Source: an uncultured delta proteobacterium (GTDB lineage: Bacteria; Desulfobacterota; Desulfomonilia; UBA1062). From it: 64,000 nt of DNA. Below are positions 50,490 through 58,967 of the stretch, in pieces. Made by a program: the position numbers and the translations under genes. Each line of letters starts with the position of its first letter. Positions within the stretch are counted from its first letter, which is position 1. The stretch covers positions 72,489-136,488 of the forward strand of contig CAWCTR010000022.1 in assembly GCA_963798485.1 (NCBI GenBank), written 5' to 3'. The notes under the pieces are model-generated. The model was not told the origin of the DNA. It made no database searches and worked only from the letters and a program-made list of their open reading frames with translations.

Positions 50490-52340
50490 GTGATGGAATC
50501 CTTTGACATCATCGTAGTGGGCGGCGGTCATGCCGGCGTGGAGGCGGCCCTCGTTGCGCACAGGCTCGGAACGAATGTAGCACTCTTCACGCTGAACATG
50601 GACACGGTGGGCCGGATGCCGTGCAGCCCTTCCATCGGCGGGCTGGCCAAGAGCCACCTGGTCAAGGAGATCGATGCGCTTGGCGGCATCATGGCCGAGG
50701 TGGCGGATGAGACGGCCATCTCCTACCGCGTGCTCAACACAAAAAAGGGCCCGGCCGTGCGCGCCACCAGGACACAGAATGACCGGAAAATGTACGAGTC
50801 CGCAGTGAAGTCCAGGGTGGAGGACTCGGGGGTCCATATCCGCCAGACACGTGTCGACTCCATCGAGACTAAGGACGGTTGCATTGCAGGAATCAGGGAC
50901 CGCAACGGCATATTGTATCATGCCAAGGCAGTCATAGTAACGGCAGGCACGTTCCTCTCCGGCCTCATCCACATCGGTGATGTACATATCCCGGCGGGAA
51001 GGGCAGGCGAAGAGGGGGCCTACGAGCTGGCTGAATCATTGAAGGCCCTGGGATTTTCCATGGGCAGGCTCAAGACCGGAACCCCACCCCGGCTCCACCG
51101 GGACACCATAGATTTCTCAGCCCTGACAAGTCAGGACCCGGAAACGGGCTGCATGACCCTTGGGTTTGCATCTTCAGGTCCGCATCTTCCCCAGGTCTCA
51201 TGCTATCTCACGAGGACCACCCACCGGACTCATGAGATCATCCGGGAAAACATCGCGCTGAGCCCGCTGTACTCCGGAGCCATAACCGGGACACCTGCCC
51301 GTTATTGCCCATCCCTGGAGGACAAGGTCATGCGGTTCGGCGAGAGGGGGGGGCACCAGGTCATCATCGAACCCGAGGGCATCAATACCAAAGAGGTGTA
51401 TGCATCGGGCCTGGGAAACAGCCTGCCCGTAGAGCTCCAGTGGGAGATCGTGCGCTCGGTTCCCGGGCTTACGAATGCGGAGATCATCAGGCCGGCATAT
51501 GCCATTGAGTATGAATACATATTGCCCACCCAGCTCTTGCAGACACTCGAAACCAAAAGGGTGAAAGGTCTTTATCTGGCAGGCCAGGTCAACGGCACCT
51601 CGGGCTATGAGGAGGCGGCAGGACAGGGCATTATGGCAGGGATCAATGCCGCTTTAGCCATGAGGGGTGAAGATCCTTTCATCCTGGACCGTTCACAGGC
51701 CTACATCGCCGTTATGATCGATGACCTGGTTACCAGGGGAACGTCCGAGCCCTACCGCATGTTCACCTCCCGGGCCGAATACCGGCTCATGCTCAGGGAG
51801 ACCAATGCCGTTTTCAGGCTCAGCAATGATGCCTTCAAGCTTGGACTCATCGGTAAGGACCGCTTTGAACGGGTTCATGAGATACAAACCGAGATTGCCG
51901 CGTTACGGGATTATCTGCAGAGGACTACGGTTATCCTCCCCACAGATATGCCGGAATTTGTTTCCACCCGGGGGAGCGACCAGGAGCGCATCACCCTTGA
52001 GCGGCTGCTCAAGAGGCCTGAGGCCACCTTGCAGGACTTTAAGCGGCATAGGTTGTTGCCGGCTGCATCACCCCTTGCGGAGATAGAGACAGAGGTCGGG
52101 ATCAAATATGAAGGTTATATAAACAGGCAGCTCAAGGAGATAGGCAGGCACAAGGAGCTTGAGCACATAAAGATCCCCTCGGGCCTCGACTTTGCCGATG
52201 TCCAGGGGCTATCCAACGAGCTTAAATGCAGACTATCAGAGATACGTCCTGTTACGCTGGGACAGGCCTCACTCATAGAAGGCATGACCCCGGCAGGGCT
52301 TCAGGCCATACAGTTGTCCATCAGGATGTTCGAGGGGTGA
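50490..52340 (+). CDS. mnmG: tRNA uridine-5-carboxymethylaminomethyl modification enzyme MnmG (GidA)
   Basis: GGGHAG.EAA, RLKTGTPPR, RYCPS.EDK, GQVNGTSGYEEAAGQG and EPYRMFTSRAEYRL. Confidence 0.97.
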   Translation: MMESFDIIVVGGGHAGVEAALVAHRLGTNVALFTLNMDTVGRMPCSPSIGGLAKSHLVKEIDALGGIMAEVADETAISYRVLNTKKGPAVRATRTQNDRKMYESAVKSRVEDSGVHIRQTRVDSIETKDGCIAGIRDRNGILYHAKAVIVTAGTFLSGLIHIGDVHIPAGRAGEEGAYELAESLKALGFSMGRLKTGTPPRLHRDTIDFSALTSQDPETGCMTLGFASSGPHLPQVSCYLTRTTHRTHEIIRENIALSPLYSGAITGTPARYCPSLEDKVMRFGERGGHQVIIEPEGINTKEVYASGLGNSLPVELQWEIVRSVPGLTNAEIIRPAYAIEYEYILPTQLLQTLETKRVKGLYLAGQVNGTSGYEEAAGQGIMAGINAALAMRGEDPFILDRSQAYIAVMIDDLVTRGTSEPYRMFTSRAEYRLMLRETNAVFRLSNDAFKLGLIGKDRFERVHEIQTEIAALRDYLQRTTVILPTDMPEFVSTRGSDQERITLERLLKRPEATLQDFKRHRLLPAASPLAEIETEVGIKYEGYINRQLKEIGRHKELEHIKIPSGLDFADVQGLSNELKCRLSEIRPVTLGQASLIEGMTPAGLQAIQLSIRMFEG

Positions 52341-52350
52341 ATCGCCTGAG

Positions 52351-52389
52351 AAAAAAACAGCGCCAGGCAGCGGTAATACTGCCTGGCGC
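52351..52389 (-). terminator. Rho-independent terminator (rlmN-PHP-TPR operon)
   Basis: 11-bp stem GCGCCAGGCAG/CTGCCTGGCGC with an 8-nt loop, followed by a T7 tract on the minus strand. Confidence 0.8.
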
Positions 52390-52517
52390 CTTATGAGTAA
52401 GTCTCATGGATGCGGTGATCTTGTTGCATTATTCTTATCGGCATGGTTGGAAAGTGCATAACCCTTACGTCAAAAATAATTTGTCAAGATAGCCGGCAAG
52501 AGTTTTATGCCGCGCCT

Positions 52518-53297
52518 TTATTGCATCTCCTTCAGTTTGCCTACCGCCATTGTCCCATAGAACCCGCCCGGATCGAGCTCGACAACCTTGGTGAGCTCTC
52601 CCTTGGCCTTTTCGTGCGCTCCCATCTGGAGGTAGAGCTGTGCGAGGTCCCAATGGGCCTCAGAATAGCCCGGGTACTCGAGGATTGCATGCTTGAGCGC
52701 ATCGATGGCATCGTCCGGCTTCCCCTGCGCCACGTATATCTTGGAGAGCAGATGCCATGCCGGGGCATAGTGGGAATTGCGATCAAGGGTCTTTTGGGTG
52801 GTTTCAAAGGCAAGTTGGAGATTTTTCTTTTCCAGATAGAGGGTTGCAAGGTTGTGCAGGGAATATTCCGGTGTCTGATAGAGCTCGTCTGTCAGGGCCT
52901 TTTTGAAGTTCTCTATAGCCTCGTTAAATTTACCCTGGCTTGAAAAGATAGTCCCTTTGAGGTTATAAGCCTCACCCTTGAGGCCCGGGTGTTCAATTTC
53001 CAGCTTGTCACCCAATTCAATAGCCTTGTCGGCATTCTCGAGGGCCTGGTCGTATTTCCCCGACTTCCAGTAGGCAAAGGCAAAACCGTAATAAACCTCA
53101 GGGTCACTGGGGTTTGCATTTCTGGCCTTGTGCAGCTCGGAGAGGGCGCCCTGAATGTTGTTTTCCTGGATCTTGCTCATGCCGAGCGCCACCAGGGGCC
53201 TGGAGAGTTTGCGCTGCTCCTTGAATTGGCTTGCACACCCGCCGAGGGCGAGGAGAATCATGAAACAGAAGATCACTTTTTTCATCATGGATTTCAT
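52518..53297 (-). CDS. TPR lipoprotein, type IV pilus pilotin PilF/Tgl-like
   Basis: Lipobox LGGC, TPR repeats and the AL.DELY.TPE motif; downstream of rlmN as in rlmN-pilF loci. Confidence 0.75.
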   Translation of the reverse strand: MKSMMKKVIFCFMILLALGGCASQFKEQRKLSRPLVALGMSKIQENNIQGALSELHKARNANPSDPEVYYGFAFAYWKSGKYDQALENADKAIELGDKLEIEHPGLKGEAYNLKGTIFSSQGKFNEAIENFKKALTDELYQTPEYSLHNLATLYLEKKNLQLAFETTQKTLDRNSHYAPAWHLLSKIYVAQGKPDDAIDALKHAILEYPGYSEAHWDLAQLYLQMGAHEKAKGELTKVVELDPGGFYGTMAVGKLKEMQ

Positions 53298-53327
53298 CCC
53301 TTAATGGGGCTCCTTATCAGTGATTAT

Positions 53328-54200
53328 TTATATACCAAACTGATCTGCAACACAATCAGGGACCTGTACATTGCCCATGAGCACGGGCTGCTGGTGGCAG
53401 TCGGACCCGCCTGTGGCGATCAGGCCCTTGGCGCGTACAATTGCCAGGTAGAAGGCAGTGGCATGCCTGTCGTGCCTGGTATGCCAGCATTCGATGCCGT
53501 CTATAAAGGGGAGCATCACCTCCAGAATTAATTTTTTCTGCTCTTCGAGGGACTTTGTAATAACAGCCAAAGAGGTGCCTTTGGAATCATTGGGGTGGGC
53601 AAGCACCAGTTTGCCGCCGCTGGCCCTTACCAGGGCGGAGGCCTCTTCAAGCGAGAGGGGCATCTTGGGGACATCGCACCTTGTAAGATACCGATCAAAG
53701 GCCTCCTGCTTTGTAGCCACAATCCCCTTTGCAATAAGATGGTTTGCGATATGCGGCCTGGCCAACGAGCCTTCTACGCCGGCCTCTATAGCATCCATGT
53801 CTTCTTGTGTAAGCAACGCAACGCCTTCCCCGATGAATTCCTCATTGATATTCTTAAGGATCTTCTCAGCCCTCTCTTTACGGTAAATACGAAGATCATG
53901 CAGCTTGTTCATGAGGGCAACGTTATTGATGTCAAAGGCATACCCGAGAAAGTCCAGCGAGGCGTCCTTGCCCTTTGTATAATATGGGTGGGCAAGGGTC
54001 ACGTTCAACTCCACGCCGGTGAGGTATTTTATCCCATGAATCCCGGCGAGCCGCTTGGCCTCGCCCTGGCCTTGAAGCGAGTCATGGTCGGTGATGGATA
54101 TCAGGGAGATCCGGCGCCTTTGAGCCTCGGCAAAGATCTGCTCCAAAGGCCATTTTCCATCAGAGCCGTTCTTGGAGTGGACGTGAAGGTCAATCTTCAT
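53328..54200 (-). CDS. PHP-domain phosphoesterase (TrpH/YciV-like)
   Basis: DLHVHS..SDG, TDHD, RPHIA, LAHP and GGSDCH. Confidence 0.9.
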   Translation of the reverse strand: MKIDLHVHSKNGSDGKWPLEQIFAEAQRRRISLISITDHDSLQGQGEAKRLAGIHGIKYLTGVELNVTLAHPYYTKGKDASLDFLGYAFDINNVALMNKLHDLRIYRKERAEKILKNINEEFIGEGVALLTQEDMDAIEAGVEGSLARPHIANHLIAKGIVATKQEAFDRYLTRCDVPKMPLSLEEASALVRASGGKLVLAHPNDSKGTSLAVITKSLEEQKKLILEVMLPFIDGIECWHTRHDRHATAFYLAIVRAKGLIATGGSDCHQQPVLMGNVQVPDCVADQFGI

Positions 54201-55305
54201 GGCTTACGTACTCTTGTGCAAAGTCGTAGCATCCCTTTCCACCGGCAAGCTGCCCGCAGGCAGCCAGGATATCTTTGCCCTTCTCCTTGCGGAGCATCAC
54301 GGCATATGGGCTGTCTTTCAGTCTCTCTTCAAAGGCCAGCATGTCCTTTGTTTCCGGCGCCTCAAGAGAGCATTCAGGCCAAGGATTGAAGGGGATGAGG
54401 TTCACCTTGGCCCTGAGCCCGTGCAGCAGCTTGATGAGCCTCTTGGCGTGCCCTACACTGTCGTTGAGGCCCTTGATGAGCACATATTCAACGGTGATAC
54501 GCCTGCGGTTCGGCAGCTCATAATCTTTCAATGCCTGAATGAGCTCTGCTATGGGGTATTTCTTGTTGACGGGCATGATGAACGAGCGTGTCTTGTCATC
54601 TATCGCATTGAGCGATACCGCAAGCCCGGCATCACTGTCGCGGGCCAGGTCCTTCAGCATAGGCACGATGCCGCAGGTGGATATGGTAAGCCGCCTCTTT
54701 GATATCTGAGGCCCGTCAGGGTCGGTGATGATTCTAACGGCCTTGATCACGTTGTCGTAGTTGAGCAGGGGCTCGCCCATACCCATGAAAACCACGTTCC
54801 TTAAGTGGCGCTTCGGGTAGGCATGGATGGGGTAAAGGACCTGGGAGACGATCTCGCCGGAGGTGAGGTGCCTGGTAAACCCCATGGTGGCGGTGAAGCA
54901 GAAGCGGCACCCCATGGCGCAGCCCACCTGTGATGAGACGCACACGCTCCAGTGGTCCTTCTCGGGGATGAGAACGCTCTCGATGATGCAGCCGTCTTGC
55001 AGCTCATAGGCGAGCTTTTCCGTGCCATCCTCGGATACCTGTCTGCCCACGACCTTCGGATATGCGATTTCAGCCCTTTCCGAGAGCTTCCGGCGATATT
55101 CCTTGGGGAGATTGGTCATGAAAGAGATATCCGTTACCCCTTTGTCGAACAGCCAGGTGAAGATCTGGCTGCCTCTGTAGGGCGTCTCCGGGAAGAGTTG
55201 TTCCAGCCCTTGCCGGTCGTAATCCAGCAGGTTGACCAACTCCCCTGCCTGAAAATCCCTTTCGGTCTCTCCCGGCCTTTTCATGTTGATCTGGTGGTCT
55301 TTCAT
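54190..55305 (-). CDS. rlmN: Dual-specificity RNA methyltransferase RlmN
   Basis: CVSSQVGCAMGCRFC, MGMGEP, NLIPFN and AACGQL. Confidence 0.96.
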   Translation of the reverse strand: MKDHQINMKRPGETERDFQAGELVNLLDYDRQGLEQLFPETPYRGSQIFTWLFDKGVTDISFMTNLPKEYRRKLSERAEIAYPKVVGRQVSEDGTEKLAYELQDGCIIESVLIPEKDHWSVCVSSQVGCAMGCRFCFTATMGFTRHLTSGEIVSQVLYPIHAYPKRHLRNVVFMGMGEPLLNYDNVIKAVRIITDPDGPQISKRRLTISTCGIVPMLKDLARDSDAGLAVSLNAIDDKTRSFIMPVNKKYPIAELIQALKDYELPNRRRITVEYVLIKGLNDSVGHAKRLIKLLHGLRAKVNLIPFNPWPECSLEAPETKDMLAFEERLKDSPYAVMLRKEKGKDILAACGQLAGGKGCYDFAQEYVSHED

Positions 55306-55423
55306 CCTTGAATCCCTTTTCCCTTCCTGCAAGGTTTATCCGTGGACAACCCCCCCTTTGTCAAGAAGGTTTAAGGAGAGATCAGTAAACATAATTCTTC
55401 CTTATGAGAGGTGTATCGATGAG

Positions 55424-55462
55424 AAAATCTCCCCTGGCCCCTCCTTACAAAGGAGGGGGACT
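55424..55462. repeat. C/G-rich palindromic intergenic repeat, copy 2
   Basis: AAAATCTCCCCTGGCCCCTCCTTACAAAGGAGGGGGACT, 37/39 identical to 17462-17500. Confidence 0.85.
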
Positions 55463-55508
55463 CTCCTCTAAGATAAATGCGTTAGTCTGCGGGGGGAATA
55501 GGGATATG

Positions 55509-55585
55509 TGGCGCGCCCGACAGGGATCGAACCTGTGACCTTAGGCTCCGGAGGCCTACGCTCTATCCTACTGAGCTACGGGCGC
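55509..55585 (-). tRNA. tRNA-Arg(CCG)
   Basis: 77 nt: GCGCCCGTAGCTCAGTAGGATAGAGCGTAGGCCTCCGGAGCCTAAGGTCACAGGTTCGATCCCTGTCGGGCGCGCCA. It has an acceptor stem, CCG anticodon, TTCG T-loop and encoded CCA. Confidence 0.97.
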
Positions 55586-55592
55586 GCATCGT

Positions 55593-56783
55593 TCAATTCT
55601 TGCGCATCAAGCGCTCGATGGCCGACTCAAGACCGTTCAACGTGATCTCGAACATGGGGAATATCTCCTGGATCGCCTCGCATGTATGCGTATGCGACCA
55701 GGTATACTCATACTTGGGATTGAGCCATACACTATGTTTGAATGTCCTGGCAAGGAATTCAAGATTTTTTACGCTGGGCTCGGTCTTGGTGTTGTAGTAG
55801 ATGCTCCCGTTGCGGTTGAACAGCTCGTATGGCGCCATGGATGCATCTCCCACGATGATCAGCCTGGTTTCGGGGTCGAACCTGGTGAACTCCTCAACCA
55901 AAATGGGCTTGTCATATCGCTGGGGGTCTTTCCACACCCGGTTGTAGATGGTGTTGTGAAAGAAAAAGATCTGCAGGTCCTTGAACTGGCTCTTTGCGTG
56001 ATTGAACAGGACCTGAACCACATTGATGAAAGGGTCCATGGAAAACCCGCCGTTATCGATCATGAGGATGACCTTGAGCTTATCCTTCAGAGACCGGTCG
56101 AATACGATCTCGATCTCGCCCGCATTCTTCATGGTCTGGTAGATGGTCTCGTCTATGTTCAGGTGGTCCTTGGGGCCGGCCGGCTTCATGTGGCGCAGCC
56201 GCTTCATGGCATCCGAGATCTGCGAAGGCCCCAGCCTGGCATCGTCGGTGTAGTCCTTGTAGCGCCTCTCAAGGGCCACCTTCACCGCCGATTTGTTGCG
56301 AGACTGTCCGCCCACGCGCATGCCGCCAGGATGGTAGCCGGAATGCCCGACAGGGGATGTCCCCCCGGTTCCGATCCACCTGTTGCCGCCGTCATGCCGT
56401 TCGTCCTGATCGGCAAGACGCTGCCTGAAGTATTCCTCAAGCTGCTCAGGGGTGAGCTTGTTCAGGGTTTCCTCGTCGATGCCCAGAAAGTCAGCCATAA
56501 TCTTGGGGTCTTTGAGCCACTCCTCCAGCAGGGTCTTGACGGCCAGGTCGATCTCGGCATAGGCATCCGGGCTCAGCTCGGCGCCCTGGAAGAAATGCGC
56601 GAACACGCGGTCATAGGTGTCGAAATGGCGCTCGGTCTTGATCAGGACAGCCCTGCTCACCGAATACAAGTCGTCCAGCGAGCAGATGCACCCCTTGTGC
56701 AACGCCTCCTGGAGCCGTAAAAAGTTCGAAGGCGAGATGGATACACCCTTGTCCCTGAGCAGGAAGAAGAACTCCGCGAACAT
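55593..56783 (-). CDS. vWA-domain protein (CoxE-like), partner of the MoxR ATPase
   Basis: RHDGGNRWIGTGGTSP.GH.G, MIDAS-like DNGGFSM, FFHN, GDASMAPYE and WLNP. Confidence 0.88.
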   Translation of the reverse strand: MFAEFFFLLRDKGVSISPSNFLRLQEALHKGCICSLDDLYSVSRAVLIKTERHFDTYDRVFAHFFQGAELSPDAYAEIDLAVKTLLEEWLKDPKIMADFLGIDEETLNKLTPEQLEEYFRQRLADQDERHDGGNRWIGTGGTSPVGHSGYHPGGMRVGGQSRNKSAVKVALERRYKDYTDDARLGPSQISDAMKRLRHMKPAGPKDHLNIDETIYQTMKNAGEIEIVFDRSLKDKLKVILMIDNGGFSMDPFINVVQVLFNHAKSQFKDLQIFFFHNTIYNRVWKDPQRYDKPILVEEFTRFDPETRLIIVGDASMAPYELFNRNGSIYYNTKTEPSVKNLEFLARTFKHSVWLNPKYEYTWSHTHTCEAIQEIFPMFEITLNGLESAIERLMRKN

Positions 56784-56806
56784 TATCTGCCCTCAGCCCC
56801 TATTCT

Positions 56807-57643
56807 TTAATACGTGCCGGTGACCTGTTTCTGCACGATCTTGAAGTCCTCGCTCTTTTTGAACAACACCCCCAGGTAGGGGATGTCGCTCTTACTGAGG
56901 TGCTTCGGGTCGAAGTTCTTGTCCATGAGCAGGATCCTGATCCAGTTGATGAGCTCTCTCGTAGCAGGCTTCTTCTCGATTCCCCGGATAGTGCGCAAGC
57001 GGTAAAATGCCTCGATACAGGCCTCCGAGAGCTTTTTGTCCAGGTCCGGGAAGTGGGCGTGAACGATGGCATCCATCATCTCGGCATCCGGGAAGGCGAT
57101 GTGGTGGAACACGCACCTGCCCAGGAACGGGTCAGAGAGGTCTTTCTTGGCATTCGACGTTATGATGATGATGGGCCGGTTCTTTGCCTGCACGGTCTTA
57201 TCGATCTCGATGATATCGAAGGACATCTGGTCGAGCACATCCAAGAGGTCGTCCTGGAAGTCGGTGTCGGCCTTGTCGATCTCGTCGATGAGCAGCACGA
57301 CCTTTTCCTCGGATGCAAAGGCCTGTCCGATCTTGCCCATCTTGATGTAGTGCTCGATGTTGCTCACGTCACGCTTGGAATCCGCGAAGCGGCTGTCGTT
57401 CAGCCGTGTCAAGGTATCGTACTGGTACAGGGCCTCGACGGCCTTCATGCTGGATTTGACGTTGAGCACGATGAGCGGTATCGACAGGTTCTGCGCAATG
57501 GCGTGCGCCAGAAGCGTCTTGCCCGTGCCGGGCTCGCCCTTGATGAGTAAAGGCATCTCGAGCTTGATGCTGGCGTTCACGATCTTCGAGAGTTCAGGGT
57601 CGAGAACGTAATCCTTTCCGCCGGTGAATTCATGGTTCTGCAT
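56807..57643 (-). CDS. MoxR-family AAA+ ATPase
   Basis: GEPGTGKT, LLIDEIDKAD, IITSN and KKPATREL. Confidence 0.92.
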   Translation of the reverse strand: MQNHEFTGGKDYVLDPELSKIVNASIKLEMPLLIKGEPGTGKTLLAHAIAQNLSIPLIVLNVKSSMKAVEALYQYDTLTRLNDSRFADSKRDVSNIEHYIKMGKIGQAFASEEKVVLLIDEIDKADTDFQDDLLDVLDQMSFDIIEIDKTVQAKNRPIIIITSNAKKDLSDPFLGRCVFHHIAFPDAEMMDAIVHAHFPDLDKKLSEACIEAFYRLRTIRGIEKKPATRELINWIRILLMDKNFDPKHLSKSDIPYLGVLFKKSEDFKIVQKQVTGTY

Positions 57644-57723
57644 GCGTTTGCTCCTGAAGCGAAAATTTAGACCTTCTTTCTTAGCACACTATCTGCGCCC
57701 AGTGAACAGCGATCAGCACAGAT

Positions 57724-57789
57724 GAGACCTATACATATCCCTATGCCGGTCATTGCGAGCATAGCGAAGCAATCCTTGCATCTTGGCAC
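57724..57789 (+). mobile_element. Truncated copy (left end) of the MITE at 62890-63032
   Basis: 58/66 identical to 62890-62955 without gaps. Confidence 0.75.
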
Positions 57790-57807
57790 AGTCTTGAATT
57801 TACGAAC

Positions 57808-57916
57808 CAGTAGGTTGGGTTGAGGAACGAAACCCAACACACCAAGATCAGAATAGGTAAATGAATCCTATCTTAAGTCTTGTTGTTGGGTTTCACAAGT
57901 TCAACCCAACCTACTG
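57808..57916. repeat. GTAG-type REP inverted doublet (REPIN-like hairpin)
   Basis: CAGTAGGTTGGGTTGAGGAACGAAACCCAACA ... TGTTGGGTTTCACAAGTTCAACCCAACCTACTG, with a partly palindromic spacer. Confidence 0.8.
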
Positions 57917-58103
57917 ATGGTCTATCTGCCCAGTGAACAGTGATCCGTATAATTTGCACCCACAGAAAATGATCGTAGTGCGGCCTTGGTGCCCGCCCTT
58001 TTTTTGAATGTATGACACCCATTATCACCGTCGCATTGACTGTTTAAGGTGTTTCCGATAGAAATAGGGATCTGAAGTCATGGCATAAAGGAGTTCTAAA
58101 GAA

Positions 58104-58967
58104 TTGGGCAATAATGACGAGTACAAGCATACGGACAATCTCTTAAAGCGCCTGTGGGTCTTCTTCACCAGGGCCAAAGATGAAACGGGCGCCTCGGATA
58201 CCAAGCGGCAGATCGAGAAAATCCTCGATGAGGTGGAGGGGAAGGGGATCATCGACGAGGATCAGGGCGACATGATCCAGAACATCCTGGTGCTCAAGGA
58301 CACCTCTGCAGGCGAGATCATGGTGCCCAAGGGTGATATCGTCGCGCTGCCAAGCACCGCCACCTTGGATGAGCTTGCCGAGATCTTTACCAGGGAAGGC
58401 TACTCCAGGATACCGGTTTATGAAGACAGCCTGGACAACATAGTGGGCATCGTCTATGCCAAGGACATGCTCAAATACTGGAACTCCCGCTCGGAAATCA
58501 AGGATATCAGGCAGCTCATGCACCCACCCTTCTTCATCCCCGAGGGCAAGAAGCTCATCGACCTGTTAAACGAGTTCAGGGAAAAACGCACCAAGATCGC
58601 CATCATCATCGACGAATACGGCGGCGTGGACGGGCTCATCACGTTGAGCGACCTCATGGAGGAGATCGTGGGCGATATGATAGGCGAGGAGGGGGACGAG
58701 ATCGAAGAATACATCGTGCATAAGGGCGACGGCGTCTATACCGTCGACCCCATGATGCCTATCGATGAGTTTGCCGAGGCCTTTGAGACCACAATAACTG
58801 ACGGCGATTACGACACGGTGGCCGGGTTCATCACCTCGCAGATGGAGCGCATACCCAAGCCCGGAGAGAAGCTCGAGTATGCCCGGCTGGTCTTCGAGAT
58901 CGTCGGCGCCGACAAGAGGAGGATCCATAAGCTTGTGGTCCATGCACCCTCAAGGAAAGAAGATTGA
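58104..58967 (+). CDS. corC: CBS-pair + CorC_HlyC transporter-associated protein (CorC/HlyC)
   Basis: EIMVP, GYSRIPVY, IDEYGG.DGL.T..D..EEIVG and DTVAG; lies upstream of lnt. Confidence 0.88.
   Translation: MGNNDEYKHTDNLLKRLWVFFTRAKDETGASDTKRQIEKILDEVEGKGIIDEDQGDMIQNILVLKDTSAGEIMVPKGDIVALPSTATLDELAEIFTREGYSRIPVYEDSLDNIVGIVYAKDMLKYWNSRSEIKDIRQLMHPPFFIPEGKKLIDLLNEFREKRTKIAIIIDEYGGVDGLITLSDLMEEIVGDMIGEEGDEIEEYIVHKGDGVYTVDPMMPIDEFAEAFETTITDGDYDTVAGFITSQMERIPKPGEKLEYARLVFEIVGADKRRIHKLVVHAPSRKED

Larger units (their letters stand above)
57689..57945. repeat. Composite insert bounded by imperfect direct repeats of about 25 bp
   Basis: CTATCTGCGCCCAGTGAACAGCGATC (57689-57714) and CTATCTGCCCAGTGAACAGTGATC (57922-57945) enclose the two elements listed next. 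Confidence 0.7.

Noticed and set aside
50214-50987. 257-aa minus-strand ORF
   Set aside because: It is antisense to mnmG and reads through the palindromic repeat doublet (SPLPPFMKGG-type translation of the repeat).
55381-55585. tRNA-Arg as an integration site for an island
   Set aside because: No integrase and no duplicated tRNA 3' end were seen, and the flanks are ordinary genes.
55686-56720. Long antisense ORFs (also 6895-7809, 29171-30028, 40703-41617, 53595-54389, 60788-61510)
   Set aside because: They lie opposite well-supported genes, have no recognisable motifs, and are expected from codon bias in GC-rich DNA.
57681-57710. CIRCE-like half site TTAGCAC
   Set aside because: The matching GAGTGCTAA half site is missing.
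57689-57945. Direct repeats considered as a mini-CRISPR array
   Set aside because: There are only two imperfect copies about 207 bp apart, the interval consists of other repeats, and no cas genes are present.
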